DNA of 64,000 nucleotides from a bacterium (lineage in GTDB: Bacteria > Patescibacteriota > Minisyncoccia > Phycocordibacterales > UBA2100): contig RFQR01000001.1 of NCBI GenBank assembly GCA_009924895.1, positions 79,575 through 143,574 of the forward strand. Reading direction: 5' to 3'. Positions within the stretch are counted from its first letter, which is position 1; each line of letters opens with the position of its first letter. The notes under the pieces are model-generated. The model saw only the letters and a program-made list of their open reading frames with translations. It did not search any database and had not been told where the DNA came from. This document shows, one piece after another, positions 17,258 to 27,207 of this stretch. The position numbers were made by a program, and so were the translations under genes.

Positions 17258-18054
17258 GTAGGATGCTTTTCTTGATGCTTTTGGTGCCGCAGAGCACCTA
17301 TGCGAGCGTCATCGTCACAGAGATCATGTACAATGCGCCAGGCACGGATGCAAAACAAGAATGGATTGAACTCTATAACAATAGTTCAGAAACAGTTGAT
17401 CTGAAGGGATGGAAAATTTTTGACGGTTCAAATCATACGCTCGCCATCCCGCCCAAAAACGGGGGAGTCGGATCGCTTTCGCTCGCGCCCAATTCATACC
17501 TCATTGTTGCGGCAAACGCTGCACAATTTCTTTCACAGCATACGGTCACGGTTTCGGTCATTGATTCATCCCTTTCGCTGGGGAACGAGGGAGACATCGT
17601 GAAGCTCATTGATGGAAGCGGGTCGGTCGTTGATGCAGTAACGTATACAAAGAATGCGGGCGCGCGGGGCGATGGAAATAGCTTGCAGTGGAACGGTAGT
17701 GCTTTTATCGCTACGTCACCAACACCGGGTGAGGCGATGCGAGCAGTTGTTCAGAAACGTGTAGAGCCCCTCACGGCCCGGACCAGTGCACCAGAATCTC
17801 GCACAGTATCGAAAAAAATCTTGACATTTAAACAGCGTACCGAATCTAGAACGCCCTCCAACACAAAGTCTCGAAACGAAAGCGAGTTACCTGAATATAG
17901 CTCGAGCACTACGGAGTCTCTTGTGGCATCAGCAACGGTACCTTCGTGGAGCTGGGCGGGCGGCGCCGCTACGCTCTCGCTTCTTGCTGGTGGCGCGGTG
18001 TTTGCCGCACGCCGCATAAAAAGGGAAGAGTGGGATATTGAGGAAATCACATGA
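17254..18054 (+). CDS. Lamin-tail-domain (LTD) surface protein with a signal peptide and a C-terminal membrane anchor
   Basis: IVTEIMYNAPGTDAKQEWIELYNNSSETVDLKGWKI...GDIVKLIDGSGSVVDAVTY matches the LTD fold. The C-terminus AGGAATLSLLAGGAVFAARRIKRE is a TM helix followed by a basic tail. Confidence 0.7.
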   Translation: MSRMLFLMLLVPQSTYASVIVTEIMYNAPGTDAKQEWIELYNNSSETVDLKGWKIFDGSNHTLAIPPKNGGVGSLSLAPNSYLIVAANAAQFLSQHTVTVSVIDSSLSLGNEGDIVKLIDGSGSVVDAVTYTKNAGARGDGNSLQWNGSAFIATSPTPGEAMRAVVQKRVEPLTARTSAPESRTVSKKILTFKQRTESRTPSNTKSRNESELPEYSSSTTESLVASATVPSWSWAGGAATLSLLAGGAVFAARRIKREEWDIEEIT

Positions 18055-18932
18055 AGACGATAGGCTTTCTCTATATGAATACAACAAAGACGATTGTGGT
18101 GACTGGTGGCGCGGGGTTTGTTGGGTCTCATGTAGTGCAACGGCTTGTTGAAGGAGGGCACCGTGTGATTGTCGTTGATAATTATTTCATGGGAGCGGGC
18201 GTAAAAATCGAAGGTGCAGAATACCGTGAAGGTCATACCAAAAATATTGATGCGCTTGTCCCCGAAAAACCTGACCTTATCTTTCACCTCGGCGAGTATT
18301 CGCGCACCGAAGAAAGTCTGCTTGAGCCATATGTTGTATGGGACTTAAATATCGCCGGATCACTTGGTGTGTTTGAGTTTTGGCGCAAACACGGATGCAA
18401 ACTTATATATGCGGGCTCATCGACAAAATTCGCCGATGGAGGTGCGGGGAAAGCGCAAAGTCCGTACGCATGGTCAAAGTCGCTCAACAGTGAGACCGTA
18501 CGGCGGTACCACGAGTGGTACGGACTTCCGTTTGCCACTACGTATTTCTACAACGTGTTTGGTCCGGGCGAGCGCGCAGGGAAGTACGGGACCCTCATTG
18601 AGATTTTCCGACAGAAAATGCTACAGGGTGAGCCACTCACGGTGCGAAAGCCTGGTTCGCAAAAGCGAATCTTCACGCACGTTGAAGATATTGTTGATGG
18701 GCTTTTGTGTGTCGCAGAAAAGGGGGAGAATGACGAGTACGGCCTCGGTGCCGAAACGAAGTATTCAGTTCTTGATATTGCTCACTTTTTTGGGGGAGAG
18801 ATTGAATGGCTCCCCGAGCGCGGAGGCAACCGCGCTGATGCTTCGATTGACCTCACGACATCACACGCGCTTGGCTGGAAGGCACGGCGTGATGTTGTCG
18901 ACTATATTGCAGCAATAAAAAATAAACCATGA
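18051..18932 (+). CDS. NAD-dependent epimerase/dehydratase (short SDR-type nucleotide-sugar enzyme)
   Basis: The Rossmann motif VVTGGAGFVGSH and a YxxxK region are present. Confidence 0.8.
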   Translation: MKTIGFLYMNTTKTIVVTGGAGFVGSHVVQRLVEGGHRVIVVDNYFMGAGVKIEGAEYREGHTKNIDALVPEKPDLIFHLGEYSRTEESLLEPYVVWDLNIAGSLGVFEFWRKHGCKLIYAGSSTKFADGGAGKAQSPYAWSKSLNSETVRRYHEWYGLPFATTYFYNVFGPGERAGKYGTLIEIFRQKMLQGEPLTVRKPGSQKRIFTHVEDIVDGLLCVAEKGENDEYGLGAETKYSVLDIAHFFGGEIEWLPERGGNRADASIDLTTSHALGWKARRDVVDYIAAIKNKP

Positions 18933-19597
18933 AAACAGCAGTTCTCATTCACGGTCATCATTTGGGAACTTCCAATTGGGAAGAGGTAGTGTGGGGAGAT
19001 CCCAAAAGTGGAGTTTATGGGCGCGCACCTGCTGGCGTTCGTGAAGCAATTCGTTTTAATGCCGATATATTATTTTTTCCGACGGGAGGCTCAGAAAAAC
19101 AGGGGCTCAAGGAGGGGCAGTGGGCATTTAACATTACACAGGAGCGCTTTCGAGATATTCCAGAATGTAACCTGTGGACAGAGGATGAAGCGCACGATTG
19201 GCTCACAAAGCGTGCGGTACTTGAGCTCACTTCAACAACAACAGTGACAGAAATCGGAACGTGTATGAAAATTGCCCAAGAGAGAGGAATGGAACGCATT
19301 GTTCTAGTGTCGGGCCCAACACATCTTCCTCGCGCACTTCTCACAGCGCTCACACTATGCGCTTCTGATCCGCATGCATATCCGTATGCACACGGACTCT
19401 GCGCAATTCCATCTGACACCTGCTATGCGGGCACTACGGCAGAGGATGTGGTCATCGTTGAACCACCACACAGACCCGATCGAAACTCGTACCCGTTGCA
19501 CCAGTTAGTAAAAGAGCTACTTGCACAATCTAATGGAGAACAGGCAACGGACATACTTGCTAAGATTCAAGGGCTTTTGAACAAAACACAAATATGA
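18929..19597 (+). CDS. DUF218 (ElyC/SanA/YdcF-like) protein
   Basis: IVLVSGPTHLPRA resembles the DUF218 signature (SxYHMxRA). Confidence 0.5.
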   Translation: MKTAVLIHGHHLGTSNWEEVVWGDPKSGVYGRAPAGVREAIRFNADILFFPTGGSEKQGLKEGQWAFNITQERFRDIPECNLWTEDEAHDWLTKRAVLELTSTTTVTEIGTCMKIAQERGMERIVLVSGPTHLPRALLTALTLCASDPHAYPYAHGLCAIPSDTCYAGTTAEDVVIVEPPHRPDRNSYPLHQLVKELLAQSNGEQATDILAKIQGLLNKTQI

Positions 19598-20808
19598 AAA
19601 AAAGAGTTCTCATTTTTTCGCTCGCGTATTTTCCCAAGCACGTTGGCGGTGCAGAGGTGGCAATACAAGAAATCACTGATCGGTTACCTGACTATGAATT
19701 TCATATGGTAACGAATCGATTTGATTCGACTCTGCCCGCAGTGGAACAGGTTGGGAATGTATTAGTGCATCGCATCGGCATCACGACAAAAAACCCGAGC
19801 ATGGCCGACTTAAAAAAGTTTCCGCTCAATCTGAATAAGCCTCTTTTTCAGTTTCTTGCTGCGTGGAAAGGGTGGAGATTGCACAGGCAGTACCACTATG
19901 ACGCGACGTGGGCAATGATGGCACACAGTTGTGGTGTTCCTGCGGCGCTGTTTAAAATGTGTAATCCGTCAGTGCCCTATCTTTTGACACTGCAAGAAGG
20001 TGACTCGATTCCGTACATTGAGCGCAAAATGCGACCACTGTGGCCGCTCTTTATCCGCGCATTTACGCGAGCAGACATGGTGCAAGCGATATCGACGTTT
20101 CTCGGAACATGGGCGCGAGCACGGCACTTTACCGGGCAGTTAGAAGTTGTACCGAATGCCGTAAATACAGCACATTTTGCTCAGGAATTTCCTTTGAAAA
20201 TAATTGATGATGTTAAAACTGCGCTCAATAAAAAAATGGGGGATGTGTTTGTGATCACCACGTCACGTTTGGTGCATAAAAATGCTGTTGATGACATGAT
20301 TCGTGCACTACCACTACTTCCTGAGAATGTCTCGTTTATTGTTCTGGGTACGGGTCCTGATGAAGTGATGCTCAAAAAACTCGCATCTGATTTGAGGGTG
20401 CAGGAGCGTGTCCATTTTGTGGGACAAGTAGGCCATAAAGAGATGCCGCTGTATTTGAAAGCGTCAGACATTTTTATCCGCGCATCTCGTTCGGAGGGAA
20501 TGGGAAATTCGTTTGTGGAAGCGATGGCTGCGGGGCTTCCGGTGATTGCTACACAAGAAGGCGGTATCGCTGACTTTTTATTCGATGAGAAACGTAATCC
20601 TGATAAGCCAATTACGGGATGGGCAGTTGACACAGATTCGCCAAAGCAGATTGCAGAAGCCGTGCGAGAAATTATGTCTCGTCCTGAAAAAGTGCGCGCG
20701 GTTACTGCGACCGCAAAACAAATGGTCATTGAAAAATACGACTGGGACATTATTGCGCGCGATATGAAAACGAAAGTCTTTGAGCCGCTTTTGGGCATAC
20801 GTGGATAA
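19594..20808 (+). CDS. Glycosyltransferase family 4 (GT-B)
   Basis: EGMGNSFVEAMAAGLPVIAT matches the GT4 E-x7-E region. Confidence 0.85.
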   Translation: MKKRVLIFSLAYFPKHVGGAEVAIQEITDRLPDYEFHMVTNRFDSTLPAVEQVGNVLVHRIGITTKNPSMADLKKFPLNLNKPLFQFLAAWKGWRLHRQYHYDATWAMMAHSCGVPAALFKMCNPSVPYLLTLQEGDSIPYIERKMRPLWPLFIRAFTRADMVQAISTFLGTWARARHFTGQLEVVPNAVNTAHFAQEFPLKIIDDVKTALNKKMGDVFVITTSRLVHKNAVDDMIRALPLLPENVSFIVLGTGPDEVMLKKLASDLRVQERVHFVGQVGHKEMPLYLKASDIFIRASRSEGMGNSFVEAMAAGLPVIATQEGGIADFLFDEKRNPDKPITGWAVDTDSPKQIAEAVREIMSRPEKVRAVTATAKQMVIEKYDWDIIARDMKTKVFEPLLGIRG

Positions 20809-21068
20809 CTCCTTGCACTCTGTACCAACACAGCTATTGTTGAAATAGGTGATGGTGGTTGTTCCACCAGCCTATAAAGTGAAAGGATTCGTCATGAATT
20901 ACCGCTCGCAGCGAATGAGTGTGAGTGTAGTTTCTTCGTGGTCGACCTGGTCTTTCGTGAAGGGAGCCCTTCACAATTTTTCATACCCGCGTAAATGGCC
21001 TCCACGAGCGTAAGGCCTGAGCGCAGGGCATCGAGAGATTTGAATCCTTCGATGCCAGAAGAGTTTGA

Positions 21069-21105
21069 GGGGGCGCTGTGTTACACAGCGCCCCTCGATT
21101 CGTCT
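21069..21105 (+). terminator. Strong hairpin with a weak terminator context, in a 325-bp intergenic spacer
   Basis: A perfect 11-bp stem ggggcgctgtg-tta-cacagcgcccc is followed 10 nt later by ttttt. Confidence 0.35.
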
Positions 21106-21133
21106 TTTTCCATATTTCCGTTACAGTTATTGT

Positions 21134-22120
21134 ATGAAACTCGTGATTGCAACTGGCATTTATCCGCCTGAAATTGGCGGGCCTTCGTACTACGCCAAAG
21201 AGCTCGCGGAAGCCCTCACGCGCACGGGTCACGATATCACCGTCTGCACGTTCAGTGCGTTCAGGCGCTACCCGAGCGGTATTCGACATATTACGTACTT
21301 TTGGCATGTAGTGCGTGCAGCTCGTGATGCTCGAGCGATAATCGCTCTCGATACGTTTAGCGTGGGATTTCCAGGTTTTGTTGCAAGCATACTTACCGGC
21401 GTCCCAATTATTATCCGCACCGGCGGTGATTTCTTATGGGAATCATTTGTAAACCGTACGAACGAACCAATAGGTCTGTCAGAATTTTATGCGACTGATC
21501 ATGAGTTTACATTTAAAGAGCGACTCATATGGTCAATTACTCGTTTGGTAGTCCGCAGAGCGACTATGGTATTTAGTACTGCGTATCAGCGCGACCTCTG
21601 GATTGATGCGTATCGTATTGAAAAGCCGACGCATATTATTGCAAATGCAATTGAGTCTCAGCTTCCATCCTATCCACCAACACGAAAAAACTTTTTATGG
21701 TATGTACGAGACGTGGGGGTTAAAAATGGACCACGCGTTAAAGAGGCGTTTGCACTCGCACAAAAAGTGCACCCCGATATTGAGCTGGATACCGGACACG
21801 TCACCAAAGAAGAATTACTGAAGCGTATGGCAGCATGCTATGCAGTCATCTTGCCATCGCTTTCAGAAATTAGTCCCAACTATATTTTTGATGGACTTCG
21901 ATTCAAAAAGCCGTTTATAGTTACCGCTGAGTGCGGGCAAGCAGAATTACTGGAACCCTACGGCACGCTCGTTGATCCGACCAACGTGAACCGCATGGCA
22001 GATGTATTTTGTATGCTTGCGACTGACGAGGGGTATGAAGAAGCCAAAGCAAAAGCAGAGCACTTCGCATCAATTCGCACGTATGATGCCGTTGCCGAGG
22101 ATTTTTTACAATTACTATGA
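21134..22120 (+). CDS. Glycosyltransferase (GT4-like)
   Basis: MKLVIATGIYPPEIGGPSYYAKELAE is a GT4-type N-terminus. The start was chosen at the internal Met. Confidence 0.8.
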   Translation: MKLVIATGIYPPEIGGPSYYAKELAEALTRTGHDITVCTFSAFRRYPSGIRHITYFWHVVRAARDARAIIALDTFSVGFPGFVASILTGVPIIIRTGGDFLWESFVNRTNEPIGLSEFYATDHEFTFKERLIWSITRLVVRRATMVFSTAYQRDLWIDAYRIEKPTHIIANAIESQLPSYPPTRKNFLWYVRDVGVKNGPRVKEAFALAQKVHPDIELDTGHVTKEELLKRMAACYAVILPSLSEISPNYIFDGLRFKKPFIVTAECGQAELLEPYGTLVDPTNVNRMADVFCMLATDEGYEEAKAKAEHFASIRTYDAVAEDFLQLL

Positions 22121-23190
22121 ACGTATCTCCACGAAAAGTTTCTGAAGCGCTCAGAGTGCTCTCGATTGGTACCGATCGAACGCTGTTTGATAAGGAAAGC
22201 GCTGTTCGGGTACGTCAGAGAGCATTTGCTGCACGGTTTGATGCGTTCATAATCATTGTTTTTTCAACGGCACGACATCCTGAGGTTACAGAAGGGTCGC
22301 TGAAAATCATGAGTACTAACTCGCTCATGCCTCTTACATATGGTTTTGGTGCACTGCGCAGGGCAGCTGCTATTGATGCTGATATCGTTACGGCACAAGA
22401 TCCGTTTGAAACGGGGCTTGTCGCATGGTGTATTGCCTGGAGCAAACGAATACCGCTCCATGTACAAGTTCATACTGATCCTTTTAGTTCAAGCTTTAAG
22501 CGTCATTCTTTCATAAATCGTATCCGTACCATCATTGCACGGTTTGTGCTCAAGCGTGCGAGTGCGGTGCGTGTTGTGTCTGAGCGAGTCGCTGAGTCAG
22601 TGGAGCGGTACACACAAGCACCAATGAGCGTTTTACCGTTGTATACGGACATTGCACGCTTTGAATCGCTGCCGCGTTTAAAACACCCCCGCTTCAAAAT
22701 TGCGTTGTTGTTTATTGGAAGGCTGGAGTCAGAAAAGGGTTGTATGCAAGCGTTGCAGGCGCTTAAGCTGGTGCGCTCACGCGGACATGACGCAGGGCTC
22801 ACTATTGTTGGCTCGGGAAGAGAAGATCACGTGCTCAGAGAATTCGCTCGTGGAAATGGACTCGAGCAGCATGTCATTTTCTGCGGTTGGCGAGCAGATG
22901 TGAGTTCGTTTCTGAGCGAGGCTGATGCTCTGCTGGTCCCTTCTTTGTATGAAGGGTACGGTGTCGTTATAGTTGAAGCACTCGCAGCACATGTGCCTGT
23001 CATTGCGGCTGATGTTGGTGTCGCCCGAGAAGCAGGCGCTATCATTGCTGAATCCGACTTTACACAATCAGTGCTTGCGTGGGTCGAACATGGTCCACGC
23101 ACCGCTGACTTAAAACTCCCACTAATACATTCTTTTGACGAATACGTCGATGCGTGGGCGCAAGGAATAACCGAAGTTGTTCAACAATAA
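22117..23190 (+). CDS. Glycosyltransferase family 4
   Basis: SLYEGYGVVIVEALAAHVPVIAADVG is present. Confidence 0.85.
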   Translation: MNVSPRKVSEALRVLSIGTDRTLFDKESAVRVRQRAFAARFDAFIIIVFSTARHPEVTEGSLKIMSTNSLMPLTYGFGALRRAAAIDADIVTAQDPFETGLVAWCIAWSKRIPLHVQVHTDPFSSSFKRHSFINRIRTIIARFVLKRASAVRVVSERVAESVERYTQAPMSVLPLYTDIARFESLPRLKHPRFKIALLFIGRLESEKGCMQALQALKLVRSRGHDAGLTIVGSGREDHVLREFARGNGLEQHVIFCGWRADVSSFLSEADALLVPSLYEGYGVVIVEALAAHVPVIAADVGVAREAGAIIAESDFTQSVLAWVEHGPRTADLKLPLIHSFDEYVDAWAQGITEVVQQ

Positions 23191-23227
23191 GAATCGGGGA
23201 CCAATCGAAAGATTGGTCCCCACGTCA

Positions 23228-23839
23228 TCATGAAGGCACCACATCAGTTCGGGGTTTGTATGTTCCCCGAAGCTTGTCCGCAATGCCTTGGATTTCCTCT
23301 GCAACACGCTCTGCCAAAGTACCTTGCCCGAAAGCGTCGATGAGTTGCTCTTTGCTCCACTTCTCGGCGAGAAGGAGAAAGGATTCTGCCGAAAAGAGGG
23401 GGAGCATGAGGCCTGCTGCAGAAATATCCATTGCGGCCCGCGGCAGATGATAGTGGTTTGTTACCACAAAAGCATCACGCGGTTCCAATGCTTGTTGGTC
23501 ACGAATGATGGCAATGTTGCCACCAGTGTTCGAGTTAGAAGCTACCGCGGATAGTTTTGAGGGACTGATTTCATGATCATGCACCAGCATTTCTTTGATT
23601 GCGTGCGCCCTGTTCACGACTGGCTCTTCGCTTTTGTAGCGACCTTCGTTGCCGCCGACGAGTACGAGGTGCTCTGCATACCCGAGGCGGAGCAGGGATG
23701 CAAACCCAGCGAGCCGAAGTTCTCCAAAGAGATACTTCCGAGAACCGAGGTCCGTGAGTGCGGGTTTGAAACCACTACGTCGTCCAAGGTCTTTTTCCAC
23801 GTCGAACGCAAGTCCATAGGCGTGAGAATACTCGGCCAT
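23228..23839 (-). CDS. DUF218 (ElyC/SanA/YdcF-like) protein
   Basis: VVTNHYHLPRA matches the DUF218 signature. Confidence 0.6.
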   Translation of the reverse strand: MAEYSHAYGLAFDVEKDLGRRSGFKPALTDLGSRKYLFGELRLAGFASLLRLGYAEHLVLVGGNEGRYKSEEPVVNRAHAIKEMLVHDHEISPSKLSAVASNSNTGGNIAIIRDQQALEPRDAFVVTNHYHLPRAAMDISAAGLMLPLFSAESFLLLAEKWSKEQLIDAFGQGTLAERVAEEIQGIADKLRGTYKPRTDVVPS

Positions 23840-23941
23840 CCTAATCTCCTTTTTCTGGCAGGGTAACTCTTTTAGAATAATAAAACATCATAAAAAAAAG
23901 TCAATTACTTGCATTGTGGGGTGCGTGATAGAGTATTCACC

Positions 23942-24835
23942 ATGTCAAAACCAACCATCGGATTTATCGGCCATGGATATGTCGGTAAAAATTACGCAGA
24001 TAATTTGACAGACCGCGGTTTTTCAGTCGTTCGGTACTCACTTGAAGAACCCCACGTGCACAATAAGGATAAAGTGAAAGAATGTGACATTGTTTTTGTA
24101 GCCGTTCCTACGCCGACCAACCCAAAAGGTTTTGATGTATCGATCGTTGAAGGGGCACTCAAGTTGATAAAGAAGGGTGCGGCCGTGGTTATAAAATCGA
24201 CAGTGTTGCCCGGCACTACTCGAAAACTACAGAAAAAATTTCCGCATCTCATATTCATGTTTAGCCCGGAATTTCTTTCAGTTGCGACTGCGCGCAAAGA
24301 TACCGATGCTCCGTTTGTATGCGTGATTGGGATACCGGTCGATGACGAGAAGCACCGGAAGGCTGCTGCGATGATGCACGAAATTTTGCCAAAGGCTCCG
24401 CTCCATCTCACGTGCACGAGCGAAGAAGCGGAAATCTATAAATATGCTCACAATATTAACGGCTACACCCAGATTCTTGCGTTCAACTTGATGTATGATT
24501 TGGCGTTGCATCACAAAGCGGATTGGAACCAGATAGAAAAAGCGCTCAAAGCTGATCCGTACATACCAACGAGATATGCTTCTCCTGTACACAAGAGCGG
24601 TCGCGGCGCTGGCGGTGGATGCTTTATCAAAGACATGGCAGCGTTTTCGCACCACTATCGCTCAGTCCTGAAGAATAAGCATGCACACGCCTTTTTGCAG
24701 GCCGCAGAGCGTCATAACATCGCGCTTCTTCTCGGCACCAATAAAGATCTTGATCTGTTACAAGGTGTGTACGGTAGAAAAGTTTTGAGTGCGCCTAAGA
24801 AAACCCAAAAAGCGAAGAAGGCAAAAAAGCGCTAG
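23942..24835 (+). CDS. Nucleotide-sugar dehydrogenase (UDP-glucose/GDP-mannose dehydrogenase family, short form)
   Basis: The N-terminal Rossmann motif IGFIGHGYVG and the GGGCFIKD catalytic-Cys motif are present. Confidence 0.75.
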   Translation: MSKPTIGFIGHGYVGKNYADNLTDRGFSVVRYSLEEPHVHNKDKVKECDIVFVAVPTPTNPKGFDVSIVEGALKLIKKGAAVVIKSTVLPGTTRKLQKKFPHLIFMFSPEFLSVATARKDTDAPFVCVIGIPVDDEKHRKAAAMMHEILPKAPLHLTCTSEEAEIYKYAHNINGYTQILAFNLMYDLALHHKADWNQIEKALKADPYIPTRYASPVHKSGRGAGGGCFIKDMAAFSHHYRSVLKNKHAHAFLQAAERHNIALLLGTNKDLDLLQGVYGRKVLSAPKKTQKAKKAKKR

Positions 24836-24844
24836 AATAGGAAG

Positions 24845-25873
24845 GTGAAACTTCTCATACTTACGCAAGCAGTTGACCGCACCAATCCGATCTTAGGGTT
24901 CATGCACCGCTGGATCCAAGCGCTCGCGCAAAAATGCGACAGCGTCGTTGTTGTGTGTCTGAAAAAGGGTACCTACACACTGCCCAGTAATGTACGTGTG
25001 CTCTCCCTTGGGAAAGAGGAGGGGGTGGGGAAGTTCACGTACGTCACACGCTTCTTTTTGTATCTTTGGAGCGAGCGGAATAACTATGATGCGGTATTTG
25101 TTCATATGAACCAGGAGTACGTTCTCATTGGTGGACTTTTGTGGCGACTTCTCGGAAAAAGGATTGTATTGTGGCGTAATCACAAAAAGGGAAGCATTCT
25201 GACCCGCATTGCTGTCGCGCTTTCTCATGCGGTTACCTGCACATCGCCGGATTCGTATACAAAGCGTTTTTCGAAAACAGTGTTGATGCCGGTCGGGATT
25301 GACACTGATTTTTTTGTACCGGGGAAGCCGCCCGAAAAAAATACTATCCTTTTTTTCGGGCGGCTTGACCCGGTAAAACGTGTACATATTTTTGTCGAAG
25401 CGTTGGTGCGTCTCAAAGCGCGCGGCGTCATGTTTTGTGCCACGATTTGCGGTGATCCGAGTATCGGTAGCGAGTCATATGGCGAAGAAGTGCGTTCGTT
25501 TGGAAAAAAACTTGTCGAGGATGGCTCGCTGATATTCCGCCCGAGTATACCGCAGGCGCAGGCGCCACAGCTTTTTCAATCACATGCAGTGTATGTAAAC
25601 CTGACTCCTTCGGGAAGTTTCGATAAGACAATACTTGAGGCAGCTGCTTCTGGGTGTATTCCTGTCGTAGAAAACAATGTTTTACATGCGATAGTGCCTG
25701 GAGAGCTGCACGCGGGAACTCATGTCGACGGTGCTCTTATTCACGCGCTTTCACTAAACGATGAGCGTCGAAAAGCGCTTCAAGATCGCTTGCGCGTATA
25801 TGTGGTTTCTGAACACTCGCTTAACTTACTCATTAATCGTATACTCGCCGTATGTTCGAACGTAAAAAAGTAA
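24845..25873 (+). CDS. Glycosyltransferase (GT-B, GT4-like), with a GTG start
   Basis: An N-terminal MKLLILTQAV-type GT-B domain and a C-terminal sugar-donor domain are present. Confidence 0.7.
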   Translation: MKLLILTQAVDRTNPILGFMHRWIQALAQKCDSVVVVCLKKGTYTLPSNVRVLSLGKEEGVGKFTYVTRFFLYLWSERNNYDAVFVHMNQEYVLIGGLLWRLLGKRIVLWRNHKKGSILTRIAVALSHAVTCTSPDSYTKRFSKTVLMPVGIDTDFFVPGKPPEKNTILFFGRLDPVKRVHIFVEALVRLKARGVMFCATICGDPSIGSESYGEEVRSFGKKLVEDGSLIFRPSIPQAQAPQLFQSHAVYVNLTPSGSFDKTILEAAASGCIPVVENNVLHAIVPGELHAGTHVDGALIHALSLNDERRKALQDRLRVYVVSEHSLNLLINRILAVCSNVKK

Positions 25874-26568
25874 GTGTTGTCATACCCACGTATAATGAGG
25901 AGCACAGTATTCGTGCCGCAATTGATGGTTTTTTTGCGACAGGCTTTGTAGATGAAGTCGTCGTCGTCGACAACAATGCTCGCGGTAACACCGCACAAGA
26001 AATACAGAAAACACGCGCGGTACATGTGCGAGAGACAGAAAAGCAGGGTTATGGCCATGCTATCATGCGCGGTCTTATAGAATCGACAGGTGATCTAATT
26101 ATTGTTTGCGAAGGCGATGGAACGTTTGACCCTCGAGATACCGAAAAATTTTTGATCTATTCTCGGAATTTTGATGTGGTCTTTGGTTCACGTACATCCC
26201 GGTCTACAGTACTTGGTAATGCTTTCATGCCCGAATCAGTGCGAATCGGTAACTGGGGCATGGCGAAATTTTTGGAATTTCTTCATAACGGAACTGTTAT
26301 AACTGATGTAGGATGCACGTTTCGTCTCTTGTCCCGCTCAGCTCTCGAGAAGATAAAACCACTATTCCCATTCTCTGACGGCGGAGGAAGATTCTCGCCT
26401 GAAATGATGATATGGCTTTTCCGCTCAAACCTGCGCTGTATTGAGATTCCGGTCATGTATAAAGAGCGCGTTGGTCAGAGCATGTATACCGGCTCAGTGT
26501 GGAAGGCGGCGCGTTTGGGTTTTTTCATGATACCACTTATCATCTGGTACCGATTTAAAAAAATATGA
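25852..26568 (+). CDS. GT2-family glycosyltransferase (dolichol/polyprenol-phosphate sugar synthase-like)
   Basis: VSVVIPTYNEE...VVVVDNNA and a DxD region are present. Confidence 0.85.
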   Translation: MFERKKVSVVIPTYNEEHSIRAAIDGFFATGFVDEVVVVDNNARGNTAQEIQKTRAVHVRETEKQGYGHAIMRGLIESTGDLIIVCEGDGTFDPRDTEKFLIYSRNFDVVFGSRTSRSTVLGNAFMPESVRIGNWGMAKFLEFLHNGTVITDVGCTFRLLSRSALEKIKPLFPFSDGGGRFSPEMMIWLFRSNLRCIEIPVMYKERVGQSMYTGSVWKAARLGFFMIPLIIWYRFKKI

Positions 26569-27206
26569 AAGACGCTTATTACGCATCACGATTTACTCCT
26601 GACCCCAACAGAAGCGCGGTATGGTCAGAAATAGTTCGTTACCACAAACGATTTATCCCCGAAAATGCAACAGTTGTTGATTTGGGGGCAGGGTATTGTG
26701 ACTTCATCAATCTCGTGAGAGGAAAAAAGAAATACGCAGTTGATTCTTCTCCCGAATTACCCAATTACGCTCATGCTTCTGTCGAAGCAATTCAAGCAGT
26801 AGCATGGGATCTTTCCAAAATATCTTCAGACTCGGTTGACGTTATCCATGCGAGTAACTTGTTTGAACATTTTTCAGATGATGAATTGGCACGAGTTATG
26901 GCTGAAGTAAAACGAGTCTTGAAAAAGGGAGGCAAGCTCATCCTTATGCAGCCGAATTACCGACTTGCATACAAGACATATTTTGACGATCCAACTCACA
27001 AGAAAGTTTTTAGTGATGCAGCGCTTGAGAGTTTTCTAGTATCGCATGAGATGGATGTTGTGTGTAAGATGCCACGGTTCTTACCGTTTTCGTTGCGATC
27101 GCGTCCATCAATTATTCCTGCACATCCGCTTATCGTACGTGCGTACCTCCATTCTCCTGTGAAGCCGTTTGCGGGACAGATGTTGTTTGTGTCAGTGAAA
27201 AAATAG
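26565..27206 (+). CDS. Class I SAM-dependent methyltransferase
   Basis: VVDLGAGYCDF is SAM-binding motif I. Confidence 0.75.
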   Translation: MKDAYYASRFTPDPNRSAVWSEIVRYHKRFIPENATVVDLGAGYCDFINLVRGKKKYAVDSSPELPNYAHASVEAIQAVAWDLSKISSDSVDVIHASNLFEHFSDDELARVMAEVKRVLKKGGKLILMQPNYRLAYKTYFDDPTHKKVFSDAALESFLVSHEMDVVCKMPRFLPFSLRSRPSIIPAHPLIVRAYLHSPVKPFAGQMLFVSVKK

Positions 27207-27207
27207 T

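Noticed and set aside
20181-20867. A 228-aa minus-strand ORF antisense to the GT4 gene; a similar case is 11315-11860 antisense to murD and its neighbour
   Set aside because: These are antisense shadows of strongly supported genes and are rich in Ser, Arg and Ala from the reverse frame.
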